64,000 nucleotides of DNA. It comes from Alphaproteobacteria bacterium (lineage in GTDB: Bacteria > Pseudomonadota > Alphaproteobacteria > Rhizobiales > Rhizobiaceae). Below are positions 1-11,059 of this stretch, in pieces. The position numbers and the translations under genes are program-made. The stretch's first letter is position 1. Each line of letters begins with the position of its first letter. Below the pieces are notes generated by a model, which saw only the letters and a list, made by a program, of their open reading frames with translations, was not told the origin of the DNA and made no database searches. The stretch spans positions 68,245-132,244 of the forward strand of contig JAHJHT010000010.1 of assembly GCA_018823835.1 (NCBI GenBank). The letters are read 5' to 3'.

Positions 1-457
1 TCGTCCGGATGCCGCGCGCGGCGAGCACGGCAAGCGTTTCCGCAAGTCCCGCGACACCCTGGTCTAGGGCATGGTTGTTGGCGAGTGAGAGCACCAGCCG
101 ATCCGACAGCATGCCCGCCGCGGCGAGCGTCCCGTCGAGAAAGTCGGGTTGCATGGCGTGTCGCAGACCGAACCCGGTCGAACGGGGAAAGCCGGCGCTT
201 TCAACAACGGGGCTTTCGCAATTGGCAGCCACAAGGTCGGCCGAGGCGATGGTTTCGCGCAGGGCCGGGTGGAACTCCGGCGGCGCGCGATTGGCGACGG
301 ACGACATGTCGCCGAGAAACACCAGCCGCACGCAGGCAGGCGGCCTGGGCGCAGCCGTCTCCCGCCACCCGGGAGCAAGGCCCGGACTGCCGGCAAGCGA
401 CGGTTTCAGCAGGCGCGGCAGCCAGGACAGCTTGTAGGAGGGCGGAAAGTTCGACAC
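1..457 (-). CDS. CapA/PGA_cap-family metallophosphatase-like protein (N-terminal part; gene runs off window start)
   Basis: Own minus-strand translation from GTG at 457: SNFPPSYKLSWLP...VFLGDMSSVANRAPPEFHPALRETIASADLVAANCESPVV...LSLANNHALDQG. The GD and N-x-E motifs are spaced as in CapA-type phosphoesterases. The frame is open to position 1, so it is not in the ORF track. Confidence 0.45.
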   Translation of the reverse strand, partial: MSNFPPSYKLSWLPRLLKPSLAGSPGLAPGWRETAAPRPPACVRLVFLGDMSSVANRAPPEFHPALRETIASADLVAANCESPVVESAGFPRSTGFGLRHAMQPDFLDGTLAAAGMLSDRLVLSLANNHALDQGVAGLAETLAVLAARGIRT

Positions 458-483
458 GGCGCGCCCTCCTCGGTGGTTGATTC

Positions 484-1221
484 TTAGCAGGTTTCTGCGC
501 TGCTGGCGCGTGCGCGAGCACCGTCGAACGCAGGCGCGCCGGCGTCTGCCTGAGCAATGTCGAAGGCAAAGACCGTGCTGCGCGCCGCCTTCTTGTCCCC
601 GGCGCCGCCAAAGTCTGGGACTGCGTAGTCGGCGACGGGAACCAGACGATCGAGGGGCAGGAAGGCGCGCCCCGGATCGCCGACCAGCACCGTGATCCCC
701 GCCTCGCGGTAGCGCTCCAGATAGGGGACGACTCGGGCCGCCAGCCGCTTGCCGTAGAAAAGGTCGCCGACCGCGATCAGGTCCACGTCGGGCAGAGGCG
801 GCCCGTCGAGCAGGTCGAAACCGGTCGCGAGGATGGAGACGCCATTCAGCGCCGCGTTCAGGCCCAGCGCGGCAATCGCATGGGGATCCGTGTCGCAGCC
901 TGTCACCTTGGAAGCCCCGGCAAGCGCCGCTGCAATGCCGACGATGCCGGACCCCGCGCCGAGGTCGAGGACCCGCTTGCCGCGCACCGTTTCGGGCCGG
1001 TCGAGAAAATGCCTGGCAAGCACCGTTCCGCCGGCCCATTGATAAGCCCAGTAGGGCGGCGCACCGCCCCCCTGCTCCGCCAGCCGCCGCAGGCCGCTTC
1101 CCGGATGCGCCGAATGAAGCCGAATCTCCGGCACCATGGGCGCGCTCGCGACATGCATGTTGTCGCGGATGAAGCGCTCCGTCTCGGCAAGCGGCCGACG
1201 CTGCGATGCTTGGCTGCTCAC
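484..1221 (-). CDS. class I SAM-dependent methyltransferase
   Basis: 245-aa ORF with the SAM-binding motif VLDLGAGSGIVGIAAALAG followed by CDTD (motif II). Divergent from uvrB. Confidence 0.8.
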   Translation of the reverse strand: MSSQASQRRPLAETERFIRDNMHVASAPMVPEIRLHSAHPGSGLRRLAEQGGGAPPYWAYQWAGGTVLARHFLDRPETVRGKRVLDLGAGSGIVGIAAALAGASKVTGCDTDPHAIAALGLNAALNGVSILATGFDLLDGPPLPDVDLIAVGDLFYGKRLAARVVPYLERYREAGITVLVGDPGRAFLPLDRLVPVADYAVPDFGGAGDKKAARSTVFAFDIAQADAGAPAFDGARARASSAETC

Positions 1222-1402
1222 CGTGAATTCCCCGGAAACGACTGGAGCGGACTGAACAGCAGTGGCGCGGCCTTATCAAGCCCGCCTCGCTCGGCATGAT
1301 TGTCGGGGCTCCTGACACCCTCCTGTCAGCAGCGCCCTTGCGCGCTCCCTTGGCCGGCACTCGACCCTTTCCATTTCGCCGTTTCGATCCCATATTCCCG
1401 AC

Positions 1403-4324
<2,922 letters not shown>

Positions 4325-4405
4325 ACTTTGCCAAGGGCTTGCGCCTGCCGCGCTTCCGTCCGAGGCAAAAACATGCATCCTTGCCCGGTCAACCCGGAGG
4401 GGATC

Positions 4406-4795
4406 ATGCAGCCCAGAGAACTGATTGATCAAATCTACGCCGATTATGCGCGTGGCGACATCGATGCTGTGCTCGACAAATGCGATCACCGCATCAGCTT
4501 CTTCATGGTCGCCGACCCGAAATTCTCGAAGTATGCCGGCGCCGCCGTCGACAAGCATGGCTTTCGCGAGCGCGCCGCAGCGCTGCACGAGGACTTCGAG
4601 TATCTCGCCGTGGAGCGCATCGACACGATCGCCGAGGGCGACCGCGTCGTCGTGCGCCACGAGATGCACATGCGGCGTCGAACCTCCGGCATCGAGTTCC
4701 GGATGGAAGTAGCCGACTTCTGGACCGTGCGCGACGGCAAGGCCGTCGAACTGGTCGAGTTCTACGATACGGCGCTGGCCGCGCAGGTTCTTTGA
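4406..4795 (+). CDS. SnoaL-like / NTF2-fold family protein
   Basis: Track ORF 4328-4795 trimmed to the ATG at 4406, which is preceded by GGAGGGG. The sequence (IYADYARGDIDAVLD...FWTVRDGKAVELVEFYD) is typical of SnoaL-like small proteins. Confidence 0.65.
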   Translation: MQPRELIDQIYADYARGDIDAVLDKCDHRISFFMVADPKFSKYAGAAVDKHGFRERAAALHEDFEYLAVERIDTIAEGDRVVVRHEMHMRRRTSGIEFRMEVADFWTVRDGKAVELVEFYDTALAAQVL

Positions 4796-4865
4796 CTATC
4801 TGAGGCGGCCATGTCGGCATGGCCGGGTCCGTTTCGTCCTTGAGAAAGAAACCGAAAGGACCGTC

Positions 4866-5219
4866 ATGACCTATGTGGATGGATTTCTGCTCGCCGTGCC
4901 CAGGGCGAAACTCGACAGCTACCGAAAATTGGCGGAGCTCGGCGGCTCCGTCTGGATGGAGCATGGCGCACTGTCCTATGTCGAGTGTACGGGCGACGAT
5001 GTACCCTACGGGGAACTCACATCGTTTCCGCGCGCCGTCCATGCTAGGGAAGATGAAATCGTGATCTTCGCCTGGATCACCTACAAGTCGCGCGCCAGCC
5101 GCGACGAGGTCGTCGCCAGGGTCATGGCCGACGAGCGCTTGCACTTCGACATGGCCACCGCCCCGTTCGACGGTAAGCGCATGATCTTCGGCGGCTTCGA
5201 GACGATGGTCGAGTTGTGA
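4866..5219 (+). CDS. DUF1428 family protein
   Basis: 117-aa ORF: MTYVDGFLLAVP...ECTGDDVPYGELTSFPRAV...VIFAWITYKSRASRDEV...FDGKRMIFGGFE. It matches my memory of DUF1428. Confidence 0.7.
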   Translation: MTYVDGFLLAVPRAKLDSYRKLAELGGSVWMEHGALSYVECTGDDVPYGELTSFPRAVHAREDEIVIFAWITYKSRASRDEVVARVMADERLHFDMATAPFDGKRMIFGGFETMVEL

Positions 5220-5339
5220 CCGCCGCTTGACAGCGGCGCCGTTCGGCGCAATTGAAAATCCTCATGGGGACCGCGATCTCCCCACGAGGCTCCGGCCCAA
5301 GTATCGCGTCCAGCAACCCGGTAAACGGAAGGACGCGTC

Positions 5340-6158
5340 ATGCCGTCTACAACGACGATTTCCATCGACAAGCTTGCCCGCCTGGTCGGCACGCCGAACT
5401 GCCCTGCCCTGATCGACGTGCGCACCGACGAGGACTTTGCCGCCGACCCTCGCCTCATTCCAGGCGCCCTGCGGCGCGCCCATTCTTCGGTCGAGGCATG
5501 GGGCAGCGCGCTGTCCGGCCGCTCCGCGATCGTCATTTGCCAGCGCGGCAAGAAGCTCAGCGAGGGCGTGGCCGCATGGCTGCGCCAACTCGGCGCGACG
5601 GCTGAGACGCTCGAAGGCGGGCATGAAGCCTGGACCACCGCGGGCCTCCCGGCCGTGACTACCGAGCGTCTCCCGGCGCCGAACGCGGCGGGCCGCACGG
5701 TCTGGGTCACGCGTGCACGCCCAAAAATCGACCGCATCGCCTGCCCCTGGCTGATCCGGCGCTTCGTCGATCCCGGCGCGATCTTCCTGTTCGTGGCTCC
5801 GCAAGAAGTCGAGGCGGTTGGCGACCGCTTCGACGCGACCCCCTTCGATATCGAAAACGTGTTCTGGAGCCACCGCGGCGGCCTGTGCACCTTCGACGTC
5901 ATGGTCGCGGAATTCGGCCTGGTGGCCGAACCGCTGCAGCGCCTCGCGGCAATCGTTCGCGCTGCCGACACGGGACAATCCGAGCTCGTCCCCGAGGCGG
6001 CCGGCCTGCTCGCCGTGTCGCTCGGCCTGTCGCGCCTCTACGCCGACGACCTCGCCCAGCTCGAGGCAGGCATGACCCTTTACGACGCCCTCTACCGCTG
6101 GTGCCGCGACGCGACGGGTGAAACCCATAACTGGCCGAACGCGAAAGTCGCGCAATGA
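5340..6158 (+). CDS. rhodanese domain fused to ChrB C-terminal domain (chromate resistance-associated)
   Basis: The N-terminal half is rhodanese-like (ALIDVRTDEDF...IVICQRGKKLSEG...LEGGHEAW). The C-terminal half (WVTRARPKIDRIACPWLIRRFVDPGAIFLF) is ChrB_C-like. The stop overlaps the chrA start by 4 nt. Confidence 0.7.
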   Translation: MPSTTTISIDKLARLVGTPNCPALIDVRTDEDFAADPRLIPGALRRAHSSVEAWGSALSGRSAIVICQRGKKLSEGVAAWLRQLGATAETLEGGHEAWTTAGLPAVTTERLPAPNAAGRTVWVTRARPKIDRIACPWLIRRFVDPGAIFLFVAPQEVEAVGDRFDATPFDIENVFWSHRGGLCTFDVMVAEFGLVAEPLQRLAAIVRAADTGQSELVPEAAGLLAVSLGLSRLYADDLAQLEAGMTLYDALYRWCRDATGETHNWPNAKVAQ

Positions 6159-7546
6159 CCGCCTCGCTCGAAACGCCGGTGCGCGTCGCGGCGCCGCACG
6201 CCATTCCCTTCGCCGACGCCGTCAGGGTCTGGTTGCGCATCGCCGCCTTGAGCTTCGGCGGCCCGGCAGGACAGATAGCCGTCATGCATCGTATCCTGGT
6301 GGAGGAGAAGCGCTGGATCGGCGAGAACCGTTTCCTGCACGCGCTCAACTACTGCATGCTGCTGCCAGGGCCGGAGGCACAGCAGCTTGCCGTCTATATC
6401 GGCTGGCTGCTGCACCGCACGAAGGGCGGGCTGGTTGCCGGTTCGCTGTTCATCCTGCCGGGCTTCGTCTCGATACTGGCGCTGAGCTACGTCTATGCCG
6501 CCTTCGGCGATGTCGGGTTGGTCGCCGGCCTGTTCTTCGGCCTCAAGGCCGCCGTGCTTGCCATCGTGCTGCATGCCGTGCGGCGGATCGGCACGCGCGC
6601 CATGCAGAACTGGGCGATGGTGTCGATTGCCGCCGCCGCCTTTGTCGCCATCTTCTGTTTCCGCGTTCCCTTTCCGGCCATCATCCTGGGGGCAGCGCTG
6701 GTTGGCTATGCCGGAGGCCGGGCCGGCTCTCCGCTCTTCCGGCTCGGCGGCGGCCATTCGGCGGGCAAGCAGAATGCCTTTTCTGATGCCGGATCCGCCC
6801 TCGGCGAGGCCATTCCAGACCATGCCCGCCCGAACCTCGCCTGGTCGCTGCGCATTTCGGCAGTTTGCCTGGCGCTCTGGCTCGGCCCGGTGGCACTGCT
6901 ATTTGCCCTGCTGGGCCCCGACGACGTGTTCAGCCAGATCGCAGCCTTCTTCAGCCAGATGGCCGTCGTCACCTTCGGCGGCGCTTATGCGGTGCTTGCC
7001 TGGGTCGCCCAGGCCGCGGTGCAGCATTTTGGTTGGCTGAGGCCCGGCGAGATGCTGGACGGGCTCGGCATGGCGGAGACCACGCCCGGCCCGTTGATCA
7101 TGGTCGTCCAGTTCGTCGGCTTCATGGCCGCATTTCGCCAGCCGGGCACGTTGGATCCGATGCTGGCCGCAACGCTCGGCGCCCTGCTCACGACCTGGGT
7201 TACCTTCGTGCCGTGCTTCCTGTGGATCTTTCTCGGCGCTCCCTTCATCGAAAGGTTGCGCAACGATCCGGCACTCACCGGTGCGATGTCGGCAATCACT
7301 GCCGCTGTCGTAGGCGTAATCCTGAACCTCGCCATCTGGTTCGCGCTGCACGTCCTGTTTCGCCAGCTCGACCAGTGGAGAGGCTACGGCGTGACGCTGG
7401 ATGTTCCGGTCTGGTCGACGCTCGACCTGCCGGCGCTCGTGCTGACGCTCGGGTCTATCGTTGCGATTTTCAGGTTTGGTGCCCCGATGCCGGCCGTGCT
7501 GGCGGTGTCGGCGCTGGCCGGCGCTGCGTGGCACACGTTTGGCTGA
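6155..7546 (+). CDS. chrA: chromate efflux transporter ChrA
   Basis: 463-aa polytopic protein with a duplicated CHR motif: FGGPAGQIAVMHRILVEEKRWI in the N half and FGGAYAVLAWV...GWLRPGEMLDGLGMAETTPGP in the C half. Confidence 0.9.
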   Translation: MTASLETPVRVAAPHAIPFADAVRVWLRIAALSFGGPAGQIAVMHRILVEEKRWIGENRFLHALNYCMLLPGPEAQQLAVYIGWLLHRTKGGLVAGSLFILPGFVSILALSYVYAAFGDVGLVAGLFFGLKAAVLAIVLHAVRRIGTRAMQNWAMVSIAAAAFVAIFCFRVPFPAIILGAALVGYAGGRAGSPLFRLGGGHSAGKQNAFSDAGSALGEAIPDHARPNLAWSLRISAVCLALWLGPVALLFALLGPDDVFSQIAAFFSQMAVVTFGGAYAVLAWVAQAAVQHFGWLRPGEMLDGLGMAETTPGPLIMVVQFVGFMAAFRQPGTLDPMLAATLGALLTTWVTFVPCFLWIFLGAPFIERLRNDPALTGAMSAITAAVVGVILNLAIWFALHVLFRQLDQWRGYGVTLDVPVWSTLDLPALVLTLGSIVAIFRFGAPMPAVLAVSALAGAAWHTFG

Positions 7547-7631
7547 CAGGAGCAATCGACGGGAAGCCGAGAACGGCAACTCATCGGGCATCGGGGCGTT
7601 GCCTTTCCTCAAAACAGGAAAGGAGCCCGAA

Positions 7632-8264
7632 ATGGCTGCAGACAAGCCGCTCACCGCATACGCCCTCAATTGCTCTCTCAAGCCCTCGTCGGCCGACGAG
7701 AAGTCGTCGACCGACAGGATGCTGTCGGAGATCCTGTCGGCACTGGGAAAACATGGCGTGACGTCTGAAGCGCCCGTCCGGGTGCTCGACCACGACGTGA
7801 AGCCGGGCGTGCTGTCCGACATGGGCGACGGCGACGAGTGGCCGGCACTGCGCGAGCAGATCATCGCCGCCGACATCTTCGTGCTTGGCCTGCCGATCTG
7901 GATGGGCCAGCCCTCGAGCGTCGCCAAGCGGGTGCTTGAGCGGCTCGATGCCTTTCTTGGCGAAACGGACGACCGCGGGCGGATGCCTGCCGCCGGCAAG
8001 GTCGCCCTCGTTGCCATCGTCGGCAACGAGGACGGCGCGCATGCATGCCATGCCGCCTGCTTCCAGTCCCTCAACGACGTCGGCTTCACCATCCCGTCCA
8101 ATGCCGGCCTCTATTGGGTCGGCGAGGCGATGGGCAGCGTGAATTTCGTCGACCTTCTCGAAACTCCTGAGAAGGTTGCCGGCATGATCGAAATGGCGGC
8201 CTCGGACGCCGCGCACCTGGCGACCTTGCTGAAGGGGGAACCCTATCCGGGGGTCAAGCAGTAG
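7632..8264 (+). CDS. NAD(P)H-dependent FMN reductase / flavodoxin-like oxidoreductase (ChrR-like context)
   Basis: Trimmed to the ATG at 7632, after AGGAG. The sequence (LNCSLKPS...ADIFVLGLPIWMGQPSSVAKRVLERLD...VGNEDGAH) is typical of the FMN_red/flavodoxin_2 fold. It lies directly downstream of chrA. Confidence 0.7.
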   Translation: MAADKPLTAYALNCSLKPSSADEKSSTDRMLSEILSALGKHGVTSEAPVRVLDHDVKPGVLSDMGDGDEWPALREQIIAADIFVLGLPIWMGQPSSVAKRVLERLDAFLGETDDRGRMPAAGKVALVAIVGNEDGAHACHAACFQSLNDVGFTIPSNAGLYWVGEAMGSVNFVDLLETPEKVAGMIEMAASDAAHLATLLKGEPYPGVKQ

Positions 8265-8443
8265 CTTCAGCTTTGCAGGTAGCGTGCAGGGCAGGCCGGA
8301 GCTGAGAATTCCGCACTCCGCGGCAACCGAACGTTAACCAGCCTGAAGGGTGATGGGGGACGCGCTGGTCCCGTTGCGTCACTTCTGCGGTATTATCGGA
8401 TAAGAAACCATAACATTCGCAGCAACGCCAAACAGGAGCAGCC

Positions 8444-8689
8444 ATGCACTTCCGCTCTATCGCTCTCGCGTTTCTACTATCGGCATTTGCCGGCGTTGTT
8501 GTGGCGGCCACCGCCATGCCGCCCTCGGCCATGCTCGACAAGAGCAGATCGCTGGAGGCCGGATACCGTAAGCCTGTCGACTGCCACCGCAGCGTCCGGA
8601 CGCACCGCATCTTCGGCCGAATGGTCCGTCACCGCCACGTCGGCGACGACTGCGCGGTGCGCGAGGTCAAGAAGCTCAACAGCTTCTGA
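8444..8689 (+). CDS. small secreted protein with one Cys/His module
   Basis: 81 aa with signal peptide MHFRSIALAFLLSAFAGVVVAATA. It contains the module DCHRSVRTHRIFGRMVRHRHVGDDCAVREV, which also occurs twice in ORF 9906-10340. AGGAG lies upstream of the ATG. Confidence 0.55.
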   Translation: MHFRSIALAFLLSAFAGVVVAATAMPPSAMLDKSRSLEAGYRKPVDCHRSVRTHRIFGRMVRHRHVGDDCAVREVKKLNSF

Positions 8690-8734
8690 ATACAGACAAG
8701 GCCTCCGCGCGCGAACGCAGAGGCCAGGCGTTTG

Positions 8735-9124
8735 TCAGCAGGGGCCTCGGTCGACAACCCGCCATCCGGCTACGTCCGCTTCGCAGGCATTCGGGAAGGT
8801 CCGGAAAGCGCCGCGCTTGCGGGCACACACTGGCCGGTATTCGCGGGTGCAGAAGCGCGGCTCTTCTCCGCCTCCGCCGCACTCGCCCCGTCGCACCACA
8901 TTGTAGCCCGAACGGTCAGCCAGGCAGGCATTGGCAAATGTCTTGCGTTCCCCGCCGCGCCGCGCACAGACCGGATCATATTCGCGCGTACAGTAATCCG
9001 GGCCCGGTCCGGGTCCGGGGATCGGCCCCGGTTCGTCGACCACGACGGTGCAGGCGGAGATCGCGACCAGGCAGGCCAGTGCAACGGCCGCGCCGCGCAG
9101 GAAGAACGGGATCGAAAGGTTCAT
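8735..9124 (-). CDS. lipoprotein with two Kazal-type inhibitor-like domains
   Basis: Lipobox VAISAC after a hydrophobic N-terminus. Two repeats follow, CTREYDPVCA...TFANACLA...GEC and CTREYRPVCA...TFPNACEA...GPC, matching the Kazal Cys/Tyr spacing. Confidence 0.7.
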   Translation of the reverse strand: MNLSIPFFLRGAAVALACLVAISACTVVVDEPGPIPGPGPGPDYCTREYDPVCARRGGERKTFANACLADRSGYNVVRRGECGGGGEEPRFCTREYRPVCARKRGAFRTFPNACEADVAGWRVVDRGPC

Positions 9125-9328
9125 TTGACACTCCTCCTAAGGCACATTTCCGGGCGCGTCTGCCGCAAGGTAAGGCGCAAGCATGCCGTGGCGTGACCCT
9201 CAATCTCCCCATTTAGCCCAGCAAATGCAAGACTTGGAGCCCCCGATGCACGTTTCCCGGGCCTTGCAGGCGGGCCCGTACGCGGCGGCGACTTGTCAGA
9301 ATTGTGTTTCCGTGCGATAAAATCCGTG

Positions 9329-9351
9329 TTCGGGCATTTGCTGACCCGGAG
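9329..9351 (+). promoter_or_regulatory. conserved block at the probable 5' end of the csp leader (copy 1)
   Basis: TTCGGGCATTTGCTGACCCGGAG lies 185 nt upstream of the csp ATG. A near-identical block lies 187 nt upstream of the second csp. It is preceded by TTGTCA-N17-GATAAA. Confidence 0.35.
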
Positions 9352-9513
9352 ATCTGGAACGTTTTGATCGACCCTTTCCCCGATGCCGTGAATCTCTGAC
9401 AGCCCTGCCATGGCGGGGGGCAATATCATGCCGCCAGAAACCACCGGACCTTCACGCCGCAGCGAAACGGCGAAAAGGACACCAGACTCGCAACGGGTGA
9501 AGGAGTTCTCCCA

Positions 9514-9726
9514 ATGGCCCAGACCGGCACTGTAAAGTTCTTCAACGCGACAAAAGGCTTCGGCTTCATCACGCCTGATGGCGGCGACAAGGACGTCTTC
9601 GTCCACATCTCGGCGATCGAGGCATCCGGCCTGCGTACGCTGGTCGACGGCCAGAAGGTCACCTTCGACGTCGAGCCCGACCGCATGGGCAAGGGACCGA
9701 AAGCGGTCAACCTGCGCGCCGAATAG
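9514..9726 (+). CDS. cspA: cold-shock protein (CspA family)
   Basis: 70 aa with RNP motifs KGFGFI and VFVHIS. Good SD (GAAGGAG). Confidence 0.95.
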   Translation: MAQTGTVKFFNATKGFGFITPDGGDKDVFVHISAIEASGLRTLVDGQKVTFDVEPDRMGKGPKAVNLRAE

Positions 9727-9773
9727 TCGCTATTCTCCGCTCCCGGGAGCGGCACATCCACAGTCGAAAAAAA

Positions 9774-9805
9774 GGCATGGCCGCCCTGTCCGCCATGCCT
9801 TTTTT
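9774..9805 (+). terminator. rho-independent terminator after csp
   Basis: GGCATGGC-(10 nt loop)-GCCATGCC followed by TTTTTT. Confidence 0.65.
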
Positions 9806-9905
9806 CATGCTCTATCCACAGCGAACCTGACGTTAGGTAATTTGAATGGGAAAGCCGTTTCTTTCGTGCCATGTATTCCTTGAAAAGGACGGGCGGGAGA
9901 ATCGG

Positions 9906-10340
9906 ATGAAAGCGATCAGGATCTTGGGGGCCGCAATGCTTGCATTGGGCCTGACGACAACCGGTCAGGCGGGGTCGATGCAGGTAGGGCCCATGCCGGC
10001 GGTCGGAGGCAACAGTCTCGTCATCAAGGTGGCCGAGGATTGCCATCGCGACGCGAGGCGCCATTTCCTGCCGGAATTCGGCCGGAGAATCTGGCATCGC
10101 CACCGCGGTTCCCGATGCCGGGTGGTGCGGGTGGAACGGCCGGATGAGGACGATTTCGACGGTGGACGCCGCGACTGCCACCGCGACGTGCGCAGCCACT
10201 ACCTGCCGGAATATGGCGGCCGTGTCACCCACAAGCATGTCGGCGGCAGTTGCCGTGTCAGAGTATATCGCCAGTATGACGGCGGTGGTTCGGGGCGCAA
10301 CTGCATCCAGATCGGCGTCGTTCGGCTCTGCGAAGAATAA
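9906..10340 (+). CDS. secreted protein with two tandem Cys/His modules
   Basis: Trimmed to the ATG at 9906 (signal peptide MKAIRILGAAMLALGLTTTGQAGS). Modules are DCHRDARRHFLPEFGRRIWHRHRGSRCRVVRV and DCHRDVRSHYLPEYGGRVTHKHVGGSCRVRVY. Confidence 0.6.
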   Translation: MKAIRILGAAMLALGLTTTGQAGSMQVGPMPAVGGNSLVIKVAEDCHRDARRHFLPEFGRRIWHRHRGSRCRVVRVERPDEDDFDGGRRDCHRDVRSHYLPEYGGRVTHKHVGGSCRVRVYRQYDGGGSGRNCIQIGVVRLCEE

Positions 10341-10451
10341 CGACACATTAGAAGCTGGCCGAAAGGCTGTCTCCCCGCCCGTAGCACTGGCTTCGCGGGT
10401 GGGGAAAGTTTCCACTTGCCCGAAACTGCAAAATGAAGGAAAAATTTCGAC

Positions 10452-10474
10452 TTCGGGCATTTGCCGGCCCGGAG
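10452..10474 (+). promoter_or_regulatory. conserved block at the probable 5' end of the csp leader (copy 2)
   Basis: TTCGGGCATTTGCCGGCCCGGAG lies 187 nt upstream of the second csp ATG. It matches 9329-9351 at 21 of 23 positions. Confidence 0.35.
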
Positions 10475-10638
10475 GCAGATTGGTTGCGCCTGGGCAAGCA
10501 AGGGGGTTTGGGCGTACCGCGCACAGAGGACATCACAAAAGTCCCGGCGGCCTACCAGCCCGTCTCCCCCAGTGAACGGCCGAGCCAGCGCGGATGGTAT
10601 CCGGCTGGTAATGAAGCAGTGGGATAGAGGAGTTTCCC

Positions 10639-10851
10639 ATGCCGCAGACCGGCACTGTCAAGTTTTTCAACCACGCAAAGGGCTTCGGCTTCATCACGCC
10701 GGAGGACGGGGAAAAGGATGTCTTCGTTCACATTTCCGCCGTGCAGGCTTCGGGCCTTACGGGCTTGGAAGATGGGCAGAAAGTGACATTCGAGACCGAG
10801 CCGGACAAGCGCGGCAAGGGTCCCAAAGCAGTCAATCTTTCGGTCGCCTGA
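10639..10851 (+). CDS. cold-shock protein (CspA family), paralog
   Basis: 70 aa with KGFGFI and VFVHIS motifs. Highly similar to 9514-9726. Confidence 0.95.
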   Translation: MPQTGTVKFFNHAKGFGFITPEDGEKDVFVHISAVQASGLTGLEDGQKVTFETEPDKRGKGPKAVNLSVA

Positions 10852-11059
10852 ACCGATCGATATGCGGCTGCCGGAGCCGAAGGCTTCGGGATTGAGGGGT
10901 GGGATTCCCGCGGCATGAGCTGCGGGGCTATTCCGGATTACGTCCTAAGTTTCACTTTCCATCGCGGCCGGCATTCGTTCAGCCGGCGTTCAGGTGCGCG
11001 CCCCTAGATTTTTCTCCATGCACCGGCCTTCATCTTCCCCCCGGCGCCAAGGAGACACC

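Noticed and set aside
1222-1402. SOS (LexA) box upstream of uvrB.
   Set aside because: No GAAC-N7-GAAC or GTTC-N7-GTTC direct repeat of the alphaproteobacterial type is present. There is only a single GAAC.
9426-10460. 344-aa minus-strand ORF spanning csp and the Cys/His protein gene.
   Set aside because: It is antisense to a canonical CspA gene, its composition is not protein-like, and it crosses a rho-independent terminator.
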